Below the pieces are notes generated by a model that had not been told where the DNA came from, searched no databases, and worked only from the letters and a program-made list of their open reading frames with translations. Position numbers and translations under genes: made by a program. A stretch of 64,000 nt of DNA from a virus (lineage: Duplodnaviria > Caudoviricetes). The DNA is taken from positions 1 through 64,000 of IMG/VR virus record IMGVR_UViG_3300014057_000005; one strand, written 5' to 3'. Below, in pieces: positions 28,672 through 38,472 of the stretch (position 1 is the first letter of the stretch; every line of letters begins with the position of its first letter).

Positions 28672-31600
28672 GCTACCGCAGCGGAACTCGAAGAGGCCGG
28701 TATTGACACTACTGGTATGGCAAACGCCAGAAAGAGCATTGTCAAGATCTATAAGTCAATGGCTGGCGTTGATATTATGGAAGCCGATGGCAAAACCTAT
28801 CGGTCAACCTATGCTATCCTTGATGACCTCGCTGATAAATGGTCTTCTCTCTCTGACGCAGAACGTGCGGCTATTTCCGAAGCCACTGGCGGAAAACGCG
28901 GTGGTACGGTCATGGCATCGCTTATGCAGAACTGGCAAGATGCAAGAAACGCTACAGACGAAGCAATCAACTCTGCCGGGTCTGCGCTCGAAGAGAATGA
29001 AAAAATTATCAACTCGATTGAGGGTCGCTTAAATCAGTTTAGATCCGCGTTCGAGTCTTTCTCTGGCGACCTGCTTGGAACAGAATTTGTTAAGAGTTTT
29101 ATCCAAGGTGGCACAGCCGCAATCACAGTTCTCGATAAAATTGTAACGAAGCTTGGTGTCCTTGGGACAATTGCCGCAGGTTTTACCGCATGGACATTTA
29201 TGTCTGGCTTCGTGCAATCGCTCTCTGTCGCCGATAGTGTTGTTGGTGCACTCGGAAACACTTTCAAGACTATGGGTATTATGGGGAGAAACACTCTCCA
29301 AGATCTTGGAAAATTCGCAACGACCACCTCTGGACAATTCGCTGTCGCAACTGTAGCAATTGCCGCGTCCTATGCGATTTGGGATCATTTTACAGAATCG
29401 TATGATGAGATTCAGGAGGCGTACTCTCAAGCCAAGGCAAGATTTGAGGACGCTGGTAAGGAAGCGGATGAGCTGGAACAGAAGCTCGAAGAAAATAGGA
29501 ATCGCATTGCGGAAATCCATGCGCAAGGTCATATTAGCATTGTAGATAAGGGCGAAATTGCTAGTCTGCAGCAGGCAAACGATTTGCTGAGAGATCAGAT
29601 TATTTTAAAGCGTGAGGCCCAACAAACTGAGCAACTCGCCATGAATAATTCTGCTAATAAGTTGCTTACGTCTGCTGCTTATAGCTCGGCATTTGGCGGA
29701 ATTGATGCTGCGTCCGGTACTTACAAAGCACTGGACTTCTTGGACTTTATGGGCACTGCATCGCTTGCCAATATTGTCGCGAAAACCAACGGCTCTAAGG
29801 GAGTTAGCCTTTTACACGGCTTCGACCAAACCTTGTATGAACGTTCGGACGCATTGCTCGGACGACTTAACGAATCGTATTTAGTCTATGACGACAATGC
29901 GCATTCGACCGGGCATATGGAACGTGTCGCCGACAACAAAGAAATGGTTGATGAGATTCGCGCCCAAGCAATTGAAGTAGCGACCTCTCTGCAGCAAATT
30001 CGCGAAGGTGCTTCTGAAGCGGATCAGAAGCTTATCGATGAATATTTGGTCAAGCTCCAAGATGGCCTGATTTATACTCATGAAGAGTTTGTCGCAAATA
30101 GATATCAGGGGCTTGTTGAGAGCGGGCTTTACGATAAAGCTATTGATAAGCTGAAGACTCTTGGGCAACAAGGGCGGTTATCGGTTGAGGCTATCAACAA
30201 GGATGCGTCGTTTGATGACTTTATTAAGGCCTGTGACGAACTTGGCATTTCTGTATCCGACGTTGTTGATGAGTTTAAGCGATTAGATGAGGCAACGTTT
30301 GGGTCTGGTTATGAGATGTCCGACATCGACCAACGGAAAACTCAGCTTGACGCATTTGTTGCATCTCTGGACAATGCGAATAAAGCGCTTTCGGAGTCTG
30401 TGTCTGGCACTGGCCTTAGCGTGGAATCCAGAGATTTCATGGTAAGCGCCGGATATGCTGACGCTCTGGAGGATACTGGAAATGGTATTCGTGTCAATGT
30501 TCTCCAATATGAAAAACTCCGTAAAGCTAAAGAGGCAGTACAGGGCGCAACGTATAGCAAGGATCTATACGATGACCGCAAACAGCTTCTGCTGAATGAA
30601 CGTGCGCTAGAGGATTATCGGGCACAGCTTGTGCAATACCAACGAGAGTATCGAGGCGCGGACGAGATTAGCAAACTCAAGCAGCAGATATCTGCCACTG
30701 AATATGAGAACGAAGGAATTCGCGAACACATCAAGGATGTGGAGGCTCTTCGGGCGCAGTATGAGGGGTTAACAAACGCTTTTGCTAAATGGCAGGCCGC
30801 GCAAGATGTCGCAGAGTCAAACGATTCTATTAAGGCATTAAGCGGGGCTTATGAGGACACAAAGGGCGCTTACGAGTCTGGCGAGATTGGCACAAATAAG
30901 TTTAGAGCCGCTATGCAGCTTACCTCTTATGAGGATATTAGCGGTATTGCATTTACAGAAGAAAGCGCAGAAAAGGCGTGGAGCCATTACCATGATATCA
31001 TGATGCGCTACGCTAACCCCGAGGAAGACCTGAAAGAAGGTATGGATCGCTTCCTCAGCGACCTTAACTCCGCCGCTGATGATCTCGATTTCGGTAAAGT
31101 TTTTGAGACCTTTGATGACGGTACGAAGAAGCTTTCGCTGACAAGCGAACAGGCTGACGCTCTTGCTCAGAAGCTTGGTATTAACAAAGATTTTCTGCTT
31201 GAACTTGCGAACGCGACCGAAGCGTATGGCGTTAGTTTCGATTTTGTCCAGACGGAATTAACTCAGCTAGAACTTCTAAACGACCAAATTCAAGCTGCAA
31301 AGATTACTCTTGACGAATTTAGAAACTCCGATGGTACGATTAATTTCGACCTAGAAGGCGCATCTGACGCTGCCGCTGAACTTGCAAATCTCCTTATGGA
31401 GAAGCGTCAGTTTGAAGACCCGGTTATTATGAGGGTTGACACCTCTAATCTCAATTCGGATCTTGGTTTTGCTCTTGACACTGTTCAAAACATACAGAGC
31501 AAGATTAATGAGATAGAAGTCAAGAAAGAAATTGGTCTTGATACTTCTTCTGCGGAAGCAGATTTGTCTCAACTGGTTTCTGCACTGACGAATACAGACC

Positions 31601-34600
31601 CAGAAATTAGAGCAAAGCTTGGACTTGATACGGAAGATATCAACGCGGCTCTTTCGAATATTCACGCTACCAATTTAGAGGTCGGTGCTTCTATCCACGA
31701 AGGGGATATCGCAAAAATACAAGCGGGTATTAACGGAATTACCGAAGAAAAACTTATACAACTCGGGGTTAATCCCGCGAAGGTTGATGCCTATAAACCA
31801 GAAGAAAAACAATCTACCGTTGTCTTCTCGCCGGATTACAAAGGTGTCTACGCTTCTACTGTGCCAACGCTATATTCAACCGTCTCTTATTCTGCAAGCT
31901 TCAGGGATGTTTATGCTGCTACAGTTCCAAAGCTTACTGGGAAGGTTCGCTATTCTATTGGCATTGGCATAGCAAACGGAACCGCACACGTTGGGCGTTC
32001 CTTTGCTCGTGGAACACTTGCAACAGGTGGGACTCTGCACAACGTTCTCGTGGGCGAACTTGGCACGGAAGGTCTGGTTACCCCGGATGGCAGATATCGC
32101 GAAGTTGGTGTAAACGGCGCGGAGTTCATCAGTAAAATTCCCAAAGGCTCTATTATCTTCAATCATGCGCAATGGGCGGCGATTAAGAATAGAGGCAACG
32201 TTACCGGCGGATCCGCTTTTGCGTCTGGTACTGATAATAAAGTAGACTTCGTAGATATGCTTCTGAGTCGCTCGTCCACCAATGTCGAAATGCTCAAGAA
32301 GCTTGCAGAGACCTATAACTTTGTCGCCGGTAAAATTGTCGGTGTCAACAACGTTATGGATGCAACGCGGAAAGAGATTGCCAATGCACAGAAGGCATAT
32401 CGTGAGTATATGTCTGAGGCAAATTCAATCAGCCTTTCCGAGAGTTATAAATCCAAGGTACGCAATGGTACACTCGATATCGCATCGATTAGTAGCGAAA
32501 GCACACGCGACAAAATCGAGGAATACAAGAAGTGGTACGAAAAGGCTCAAGATGTCCACTCGTCCCTTCTGGATCTGAACGCGGATCTCAAAGAACTATC
32601 TTCGCAGAAACTCGACCTTATCGAAGAGCGTATGCAAGGTATGGCAGACTACTACTCTGCCCTTGTCTCGCAACAGGAAGCAATCGAGGGTCTTGCAGAA
32701 ATTGAAGCCGGATATAAGGATGTTGAGACCTATGTCCGTTCTATTGGTGCTCAGTACAAGGTAATTGAGAAACAGTACGATAAGTTCCTTGAGTTACAGG
32801 AAGAGGTTGACAAACAGCTTAAGTCTGGCGAAATCGTAGAATACTCAAATGAGTGGTACGAGGCGAAACAGGCGGTTGTCGAGGCGAACACTGCTTGGGT
32901 CAAGTCAAAGCAAGAACTTCTTGAAATCAAGGAAGCCCTACGCGAGGCGAACTGGGAGAGTTGGAATCTTGCGGTTGACGCAATTGAGCATGTAAATAAG
33001 CAGCTTGATTCTACTATATCCTTGATTAGTTCGTTAACGGCGTTTGATGAGTCTGGCGGAATTACGCAGAATGGCATCTCTCAGGCGAACCTATATGCAT
33101 CGTCTCTGAAAAATGCCAGACAGAAAGTTGCTGATTACCAAGAAGCGATCAATACTCTGAACAAAGAGTATCAACTTGGCATTATTAATCAGGCGGACTA
33201 CAACGAAGAACTGCAAGATTATACCGAAAAGCAGATGAGCGCAGTTTCTAGCGTTAGGAAATATCGCGAAGAAATTGTTTCTCTTGTGAAGGACGGCATT
33301 AAAGCTGAGACCAGCGCAATGTCCGAACTTATCAGCAAGCGTAAAGACGCGCTTAAACAGCAGAAGGATAATAACGATTACGCCGAGAAGATTAAAGAGA
33401 AGCAGAAAGAAATCAGCAAGATTCAAGCGCAAATCACCGCTTTGTCTGGCGACGATACTGCTTCGACTCGGGCGCAGATTCGTTCTCTTCAGGCAAAGTT
33501 ACAATCCGAACAGGATGACCTTGATAAGACAAGACGGGATCATGAGTATTCTGTTCTGACGCAAGGATATGATGACGCGCTTAAGAAGTTCAAGGAGAAC
33601 CAAGACGCTCGTACTAAAGAACTTGATTCGAGTTTGGCGGCACAGGAAGATGCAATTAACAGCGCACTGAGTGCGACCACAGCCCAGTACGAACAGACAT
33701 ACAACCAGCTCACTGAGTTGGCGACCATGTATGGTTATTCGCTCGACACGTCTGTTTCTCAGCCTTGGAAGGACGCGACAACTGCTGTCCAAGAGTATTC
33801 TGATGCGGTCAAGATTGGAACAGCAAATGCCAAAATTGCGACCGAGAATGCTACTTATGGCATCGAGAAGCTTGCGGGGACTAATCCGGCTGCGGTCACT
33901 ACTGCGGACGCGATGTCTTTTGCCAATGGCCATCTCGATGAAATGAGTAAGGCTACCGTTGAAAAACGTAGTCTAAACGATGTTCTCACGAGTGGGAGTT
34001 CGTCCTCGTCCTCGTCTTCTTCTGGCGGTTCTACCAATTTTGGATCCGGCAACCTTAAGGTTGGGAGCCGTGGTGACGCGGTGCGCAATCTGCAAATTGC
34101 TCTTAACTCTCTGATGGGTGCGGGGCTTAGTGTTGACGGTATTTATGGTTCAAAAACAGCCTCCGCCGTTCGCGCCTTCCAGAAGAAGTATGGCCTTTCT
34201 GCTGATGGCATTTTTGGTAACAACAGCCGTGCGAAGCTGAAGTCTGTTTACCATGCCGCCTCCGGTGCATATCGCGCTCTGAGCGGTTTATACATGACGG
34301 ACGAGTACGGTCTCGGCTCTGAAGCTATTATCACTAAGGACGGCGTGTTGAGGCAGCTAAACGCTGGCGATATGGTCTTTAGTGCTCGGCAAAAGGAAAT
34401 GTTGTGGCAACTGAGCAAAATGAGCGTACCATCGATTCTATCTGGAATTGGGGGACGTGCTCTTTCTGGCGCCCTTGCAGGCAACATGACCATCACGAAC
34501 CATTACGATTCTCTGCTTACTGTTAATGGTAATGTTGATAAGGATGCGCTCCCGGGTCTGAAGGATCTGCTGAGGCAATCTTATGAATACACCAAACAGG

Positions 34601-34638
34601 AATTAACCAGAGATATGGCAAAGCGTGGTTTTAGATGA
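28672..34638 (+). CDS. Tail tape measure protein, exon 2 (spliced product about 2533 aa) with C-terminal peptidoglycan-binding domain
   Basis: Continues ATAAELEEAG...STYAILDDLA; long coiled coils; LKVGSRGDAVRNLQ...DGIYG...FQKKYGL..DG. Confidence 0.85.
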   Translation, partial: ATAAELEEAGIDTTGMANARKSIVKIYKSMAGVDIMEADGKTYRSTYAILDDLADKWSSLSDAERAAISEATGGKRGGTVMASLMQNWQDARNATDEAINSAGSALEENEKIINSIEGRLNQFRSAFESFSGDLLGTEFVKSFIQGGTAAITVLDKIVTKLGVLGTIAAGFTAWTFMSGFVQSLSVADSVVGALGNTFKTMGIMGRNTLQDLGKFATTTSGQFAVATVAIAASYAIWDHFTESYDEIQEAYSQAKARFEDAGKEADELEQKLEENRNRIAEIHAQGHISIVDKGEIASLQQANDLLRDQIILKREAQQTEQLAMNNSANKLLTSAAYSSAFGGIDAASGTYKALDFLDFMGTASLANIVAKTNGSKGVSLLHGFDQTLYERSDALLGRLNESYLVYDDNAHSTGHMERVADNKEMVDEIRAQAIEVATSLQQIREGASEADQKLIDEYLVKLQDGLIYTHEEFVANRYQGLVESGLYDKAIDKLKTLGQQGRLSVEAINKDASFDDFIKACDELGISVSDVVDEFKRLDEATFGSGYEMSDIDQRKTQLDAFVASLDNANKALSESVSGTGLSVESRDFMVSAGYADALEDTGNGIRVNVLQYEKLRKAKEAVQGATYSKDLYDDRKQLLLNERALEDYRAQLVQYQREYRGADEISKLKQQISATEYENEGIREHIKDVEALRAQYEGLTNAFAKWQAAQDVAESNDSIKALSGAYEDTKGAYESGEIGTNKFRAAMQLTSYEDISGIAFTEESAEKAWSHYHDIMMRYANPEEDLKEGMDRFLSDLNSAADDLDFGKVFETFDDGTKKLSLTSEQADALAQKLGINKDFLLELANATEAYGVSFDFVQTELTQLELLNDQIQAAKITLDEFRNSDGTINFDLEGASDAAAELANLLMEKRQFEDPVIMRVDTSNLNSDLGFALDTVQNIQSKINEIEVKKEIGLDTSSAEADLSQLVSALTNTDPEIRAKLGLDTEDINAALSNIHATNLEVGASIHEGDIAKIQAGINGITEEKLIQLGVNPAKVDAYKPEEKQSTVVFSPDYKGVYASTVPTLYSTVSYSASFRDVYAATVPKLTGKVRYSIGIGIANGTAHVGRSFARGTLATGGTLHNVLVGELGTEGLVTPDGRYREVGVNGAEFISKIPKGSIIFNHAQWAAIKNRGNVTGGSAFASGTDNKVDFVDMLLSRSSTNVEMLKKLAETYNFVAGKIVGVNNVMDATRKEIANAQKAYREYMSEANSISLSESYKSKVRNGTLDIASISSESTRDKIEEYKKWYEKAQDVHSSLLDLNADLKELSSQKLDLIEERMQGMADYYSALVSQQEAIEGLAEIEAGYKDVETYVRSIGAQYKVIEKQYDKFLELQEEVDKQLKSGEIVEYSNEWYEAKQAVVEANTAWVKSKQELLEIKEALREANWESWNLAVDAIEHVNKQLDSTISLISSLTAFDESGGITQNGISQANLYASSLKNARQKVADYQEAINTLNKEYQLGIINQADYNEELQDYTEKQMSAVSSVRKYREEIVSLVKDGIKAETSAMSELISKRKDALKQQKDNNDYAEKIKEKQKEISKIQAQITALSGDDTASTRAQIRSLQAKLQSEQDDLDKTRRDHEYSVLTQGYDDALKKFKENQDARTKELDSSLAAQEDAINSALSATTAQYEQTYNQLTELATMYGYSLDTSVSQPWKDATTAVQEYSDAVKIGTANAKIATENATYGIEKLAGTNPAAVTTADAMSFANGHLDEMSKATVEKRSLNDVLTSGSSSSSSSSSGGSTNFGSGNLKVGSRGDAVRNLQIALNSLMGAGLSVDGIYGSKTASAVRAFQKKYGLSADGIFGNNSRAKLKSVYHAASGAYRALSGLYMTDEYGLGSEAIITKDGVLRQLNAGDMVFSARQKEMLWQLSKMSVPSILSGIGGRALSGALAGNMTITNHYDSLLTVNGNVDKDALPGLKDLLRQSYEYTKQELTRDMAKRGFR

Positions 34639-34641
34639 TTT

Positions 34642-34666
34642 GGCGGGGCTTCGGCTCCGCCTTTTT
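34642..34666 (+). terminator. Intrinsic terminator
   Basis: GGCGGGGC-TTCG-GCTCCGCC followed by T5. Confidence 0.75.
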
Positions 34667-34679
34667 GAGGTGATTTTGT

Positions 34680-35489
34680 ATGGTCTATGTAGACGATTTT
34701 ACATATAACTCAAAGTCCCTTTCTGATTTCGATGAGGATTTTTGCGTTGTGTCTTTTGAGGACAATGTGAATAATGGCGATGTGACGGTTTTGGAGCGGT
34801 CTGTTGACCGAAGCGAGATTCGTTATGACCAACCAATCACATTTGACTACGGCGCGACAGAGACTGGCGTTTATACGTTTAGTATCACAATCGCCAGAGA
34901 CAGCGGGAATCCTTTAACGCAGGCGGATGTGCGCCAATTCGTTAGCTGGCTTATGTCCCCAGTAACCCCACAGTGGCTGACGCTAACTGGGAAGAATACG
35001 GATATTTACAACGGAGTCTTCTTTAAGGGACGATTCGTTCGTGCAGCATACGAGGATATTGGTGTCGCCAGGAAAATCGGAATCAAGTTTGAATTCGAAA
35101 ATATTTCTTCCTATGGCTTCACGCGAGAATACACTTATAATATCACATCAACCGCCAAGACACCGGGCAACCTCACCATTGAGAATCCCGGCACTTTTGT
35201 TGGGAAGTCAATTTTACCCATCATCACGATTACACCTACTGATGGCGGAGTTGTGACGATTCAAAATACGGCAGTTGATAAGGATCCGTTAAGTATTAGC
35301 GTGACCAACGGCACGGCTATTACACTTCAAGATTATTATTGTCTGAAGAGTGACGGCAATTTCTATGACTTTGAGAATTTCAACAATTTTAACTGGGTCG
35401 TTCTTGTGGACGGCACAAACACGATAAAGGTAACTGGCGCCTGTACGGTGCAAATCAAAACACGGTTTTATGAGGCCGTAGGAGTTTAA
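34680..35489 (+). CDS. Distal tail (Dit) protein
   Basis: Follows the TMP; FTYNSKSLSDF start and LVDGTNTIKVTG end. Confidence 0.7.
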   Translation: MVYVDDFTYNSKSLSDFDEDFCVVSFEDNVNNGDVTVLERSVDRSEIRYDQPITFDYGATETGVYTFSITIARDSGNPLTQADVRQFVSWLMSPVTPQWLTLTGKNTDIYNGVFFKGRFVRAAYEDIGVARKIGIKFEFENISSYGFTREYTYNITSTAKTPGNLTIENPGTFVGKSILPIITITPTDGGVVTIQNTAVDKDPLSISVTNGTAITLQDYYCLKSDGNFYDFENFNNFNWVVLVDGTNTIKVTGACTVQIKTRFYEAVGV

Positions 35490-35534
35490 TGGGGTGGGCG
35501 TTTGCTCACCCTATTTTAGGGAGGAGGACGCGTT

Positions 35535-38462
35535 TTGCCCAACTTAATGACCCAAAATGGGTTAATATCCGTGGCGACTGACGCATATGGTCGATCCAAG
35601 GAACTGACCGCATTTATTTGCGACCCGGTTCGCACCCATATCTGCCAGATTGGCGGGATTACGACCTTCGATTTGTCAATTCGCTTCAAAGATATTTCTG
35701 AGATTGAATTTGTGGTTCAGCGGTATATTGAAAACGCGTCCACACACGAAGTAGAAGAAAACAAAGCCTACTCTTATCTGCACAGTTTCTGTGAGATTTA
35801 TGTGCCAGAACTTGGCAAGAGGGGTTATTTCATTATAAATAGTGAGCCGAGCATCTTGGCAGAAAGCACGGCTCGTGAAAGCAAGTCTTTTACCGCCTAT
35901 TCATACGAGAGCGTTTTGCAAGGCGAAAATCTTGTGAATTTCGACATCAATCAAGGCACTGAGACGAGCCGCGAAATCTGGGAGGCATCTGAGGGCGAGG
36001 TAAGTATCTTCGACACAGTTTGCCTGTACGACCCGGAGAATCCGAAACTTAGTTTGCTCGACCTTATACTGGAGGATGACTACTACGGTTGGCAGATAGG
36101 GCATGTTGACGGCTCAATCGCATCTTTGCGCAGAGCATTTTCGGTAGACAACAAGAATGTATATGCTTTTCTCACTGGTGATGTGAGTCAGGCATTCCGA
36201 TGTATTGTAGACTTTGATACGGCAGGCAAGCTAATTAACGTTTACAACATCGAGACGGTCGGGAATAACACAAACATCTACCTCTCGTTTGAGAATTTTG
36301 TGCAGCAGATTAGTATTTCGCCAGCATCAGATAATCTCTATACGGTCTTCAATGTTGCGGGGAGAAATGGCTTAGGAATTGAACTTGTCAACTTTGGAAG
36401 TAACAAAATAGTTGACATCTCCTACCCTCTCTCACTTTGCAGAGCGGATATTCAAACACGCTACGCCGCCTATCTAGCGTTTAGAGACACAAAGAGAACG
36501 GAATACTCTGACGCGGCGATTGATTATACGAACGCGCAAAGCAAGTATAACGCGGTAATGGATCGCCAGCCAGACGATGTACTGAACAACAACTGGGCAT
36601 CTCCCATGTTTTCGCTTGAAGACCTACAAAAAGAACTAGAGTTTGCGCAGTGGTATGTCGCAGAGATTGAGGGCGAATACACAAAGCAAGATGGCTCGAT
36701 TGACTACGACGCTCTAAACACGTCCACAGACGCGGCAACCTACTACTCGTTTAAGAAGGTGGCCATCCCGGATCTCACGGCTGAAATTGCCAAGAGAGAA
36801 GCCGGTAGTTCTGAGGAAGCGGATACGGTTGACCAAGAATTCGTCTGGGAACTGTATGGGCTAAATGACCTCAAGCTTGAGAAGCAGAACATACAAAATG
36901 TCATCAACGCCTATAGAGATGGCGGATGGGCGGATCCGTACGATGAGACGCGCCATATTGACCAGACCACATATAATACAAATCATGGCGAGTATGTAAA
37001 GTACACAAATCGTTTGAGCGAACTTGATACCTATATTGCAGATATGGAAGATAAGGCGGAGCAATTCGCGGACGAGATGGCAATGTACCAATCTACACTG
37101 CAAAGCATTGCCCAGTCTGTTTCTCTGTCCGGCTACGGCTTTGACGATGGGGAAATTGCTCTTATCACACAGCTTTATCGTGAGAGCGACTACTCTGACG
37201 ACAACTATCTTATCACGGACTATGACGATGCAACGAGTACTGTTGCCGTAGAAAACGACTTATATGAGGCGGCTACAAAACGCCTCGCAATTGAGTGCCA
37301 CCCGCAAATTAAATGGGCGGTTAAATCTGACGACCTGTTTGACATTGAGGAGTTTAAACCTCTTCGCGACAGCTTACAGGTTGGCGACTTTATAATTCTT
37401 GGGTACGGCGTATCTGACGCCGAAACCTACGTTCGTTTGCGGTGTATGCAATTTGACTTTAGCGGACTCAAAACGGATTCCACTTTTAACATCACATTTA
37501 GCACCGCAACAAATTCTAAATACCAGAACGATGATTATGAGGATCTTCTTCAGAACTATCTCACTTCGCGGACAAACCAGATTTCAGTAAGAGCGACTTC
37601 GGCAGCATCCTCGACAGCTTCCAAGGTCGCCAACTCTCTGATTCGCCCTTATGTACAGATAATGAACGCCAAACTACAAGAGGCGGAAATCGACCAAGCT
37701 ACAATCAATGAACTTCGGGCGGTCTGGGGTAAGTTCGAAACCGTTCTGGCAGACTATATTCAAGCTGATGAACTGGCGGCAAACGTTGCGAATATCAATT
37801 CTCTTACGGTTCAAGATGCTATTGTGCAAAACCTGCTCTCTTCTGAAATTGTGCAGGCCGCACTCTTAAAAGTTGACCGTATTGAAGACCGCACAGACAC
37901 AACGCCCCATAGCTATTGGGATCTTACCACTGGCGAACTATCGCTAAAGGGATATGTCTTCTCGACACGAATTGAATACATTCTGGGGGACGACCAGACG
38001 ACCGCGCCAGCAGACAATGACCCCGGTTGGAGCACATCTGTACCCGCTTCGCAAGAAGGCAAGTACATGTGGCAGAGAATTGTTATGGTGGAATCGGACG
38101 GATCCGAACACCCGGCGACTCCTGTCTGCATTCAGGGCGCGATGGGCGAAGATGGCGATGACGCAGTAGTTATGGAAATCGTCAGCACGAACGGCAATAT
38201 TTTCAAAAACAATCTTGTGAATACTAAACTCAACGTGACAGTGCGTAAGGGAGTACTAGCAATTACTACTCTGGCTGTTCTTAGAAACGTTTTCGGTGCC
38301 TCGGCGCATCTTGTTTGGTACTCCAAGAGCGACACAGATACGGACTTTGTACAGATACTTAGTTCGGATTCACGGTTATCAAATGATGGTTTTACATTGA
38401 CACTTACACCTACCGATGTGAATAATCGGCGGGTGTTCCAGTGTGAAGTTCAGACTAATTAA
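35535..38462 (+). CDS. Tail hub/Tal-like protein
   Basis: Follows Dit; LQVGDFI; SYWDLTTGEL; coiled coil. Confidence 0.65.
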   Translation: MPNLMTQNGLISVATDAYGRSKELTAFICDPVRTHICQIGGITTFDLSIRFKDISEIEFVVQRYIENASTHEVEENKAYSYLHSFCEIYVPELGKRGYFIINSEPSILAESTARESKSFTAYSYESVLQGENLVNFDINQGTETSREIWEASEGEVSIFDTVCLYDPENPKLSLLDLILEDDYYGWQIGHVDGSIASLRRAFSVDNKNVYAFLTGDVSQAFRCIVDFDTAGKLINVYNIETVGNNTNIYLSFENFVQQISISPASDNLYTVFNVAGRNGLGIELVNFGSNKIVDISYPLSLCRADIQTRYAAYLAFRDTKRTEYSDAAIDYTNAQSKYNAVMDRQPDDVLNNNWASPMFSLEDLQKELEFAQWYVAEIEGEYTKQDGSIDYDALNTSTDAATYYSFKKVAIPDLTAEIAKREAGSSEEADTVDQEFVWELYGLNDLKLEKQNIQNVINAYRDGGWADPYDETRHIDQTTYNTNHGEYVKYTNRLSELDTYIADMEDKAEQFADEMAMYQSTLQSIAQSVSLSGYGFDDGEIALITQLYRESDYSDDNYLITDYDDATSTVAVENDLYEAATKRLAIECHPQIKWAVKSDDLFDIEEFKPLRDSLQVGDFIILGYGVSDAETYVRLRCMQFDFSGLKTDSTFNITFSTATNSKYQNDDYEDLLQNYLTSRTNQISVRATSAASSTASKVANSLIRPYVQIMNAKLQEAEIDQATINELRAVWGKFETVLADYIQADELAANVANINSLTVQDAIVQNLLSSEIVQAALLKVDRIEDRTDTTPHSYWDLTTGELSLKGYVFSTRIEYILGDDQTTAPADNDPGWSTSVPASQEGKYMWQRIVMVESDGSEHPATPVCIQGAMGEDGDDAVVMEIVSTNGNIFKNNLVNTKLNVTVRKGVLAITTLAVLRNVFGASAHLVWYSKSDTDTDFVQILSSDSRLSNDGFTLTLTPTDVNNRRVFQCEVQTN

Positions 38463-38472
38463 AGGAGGAAAA

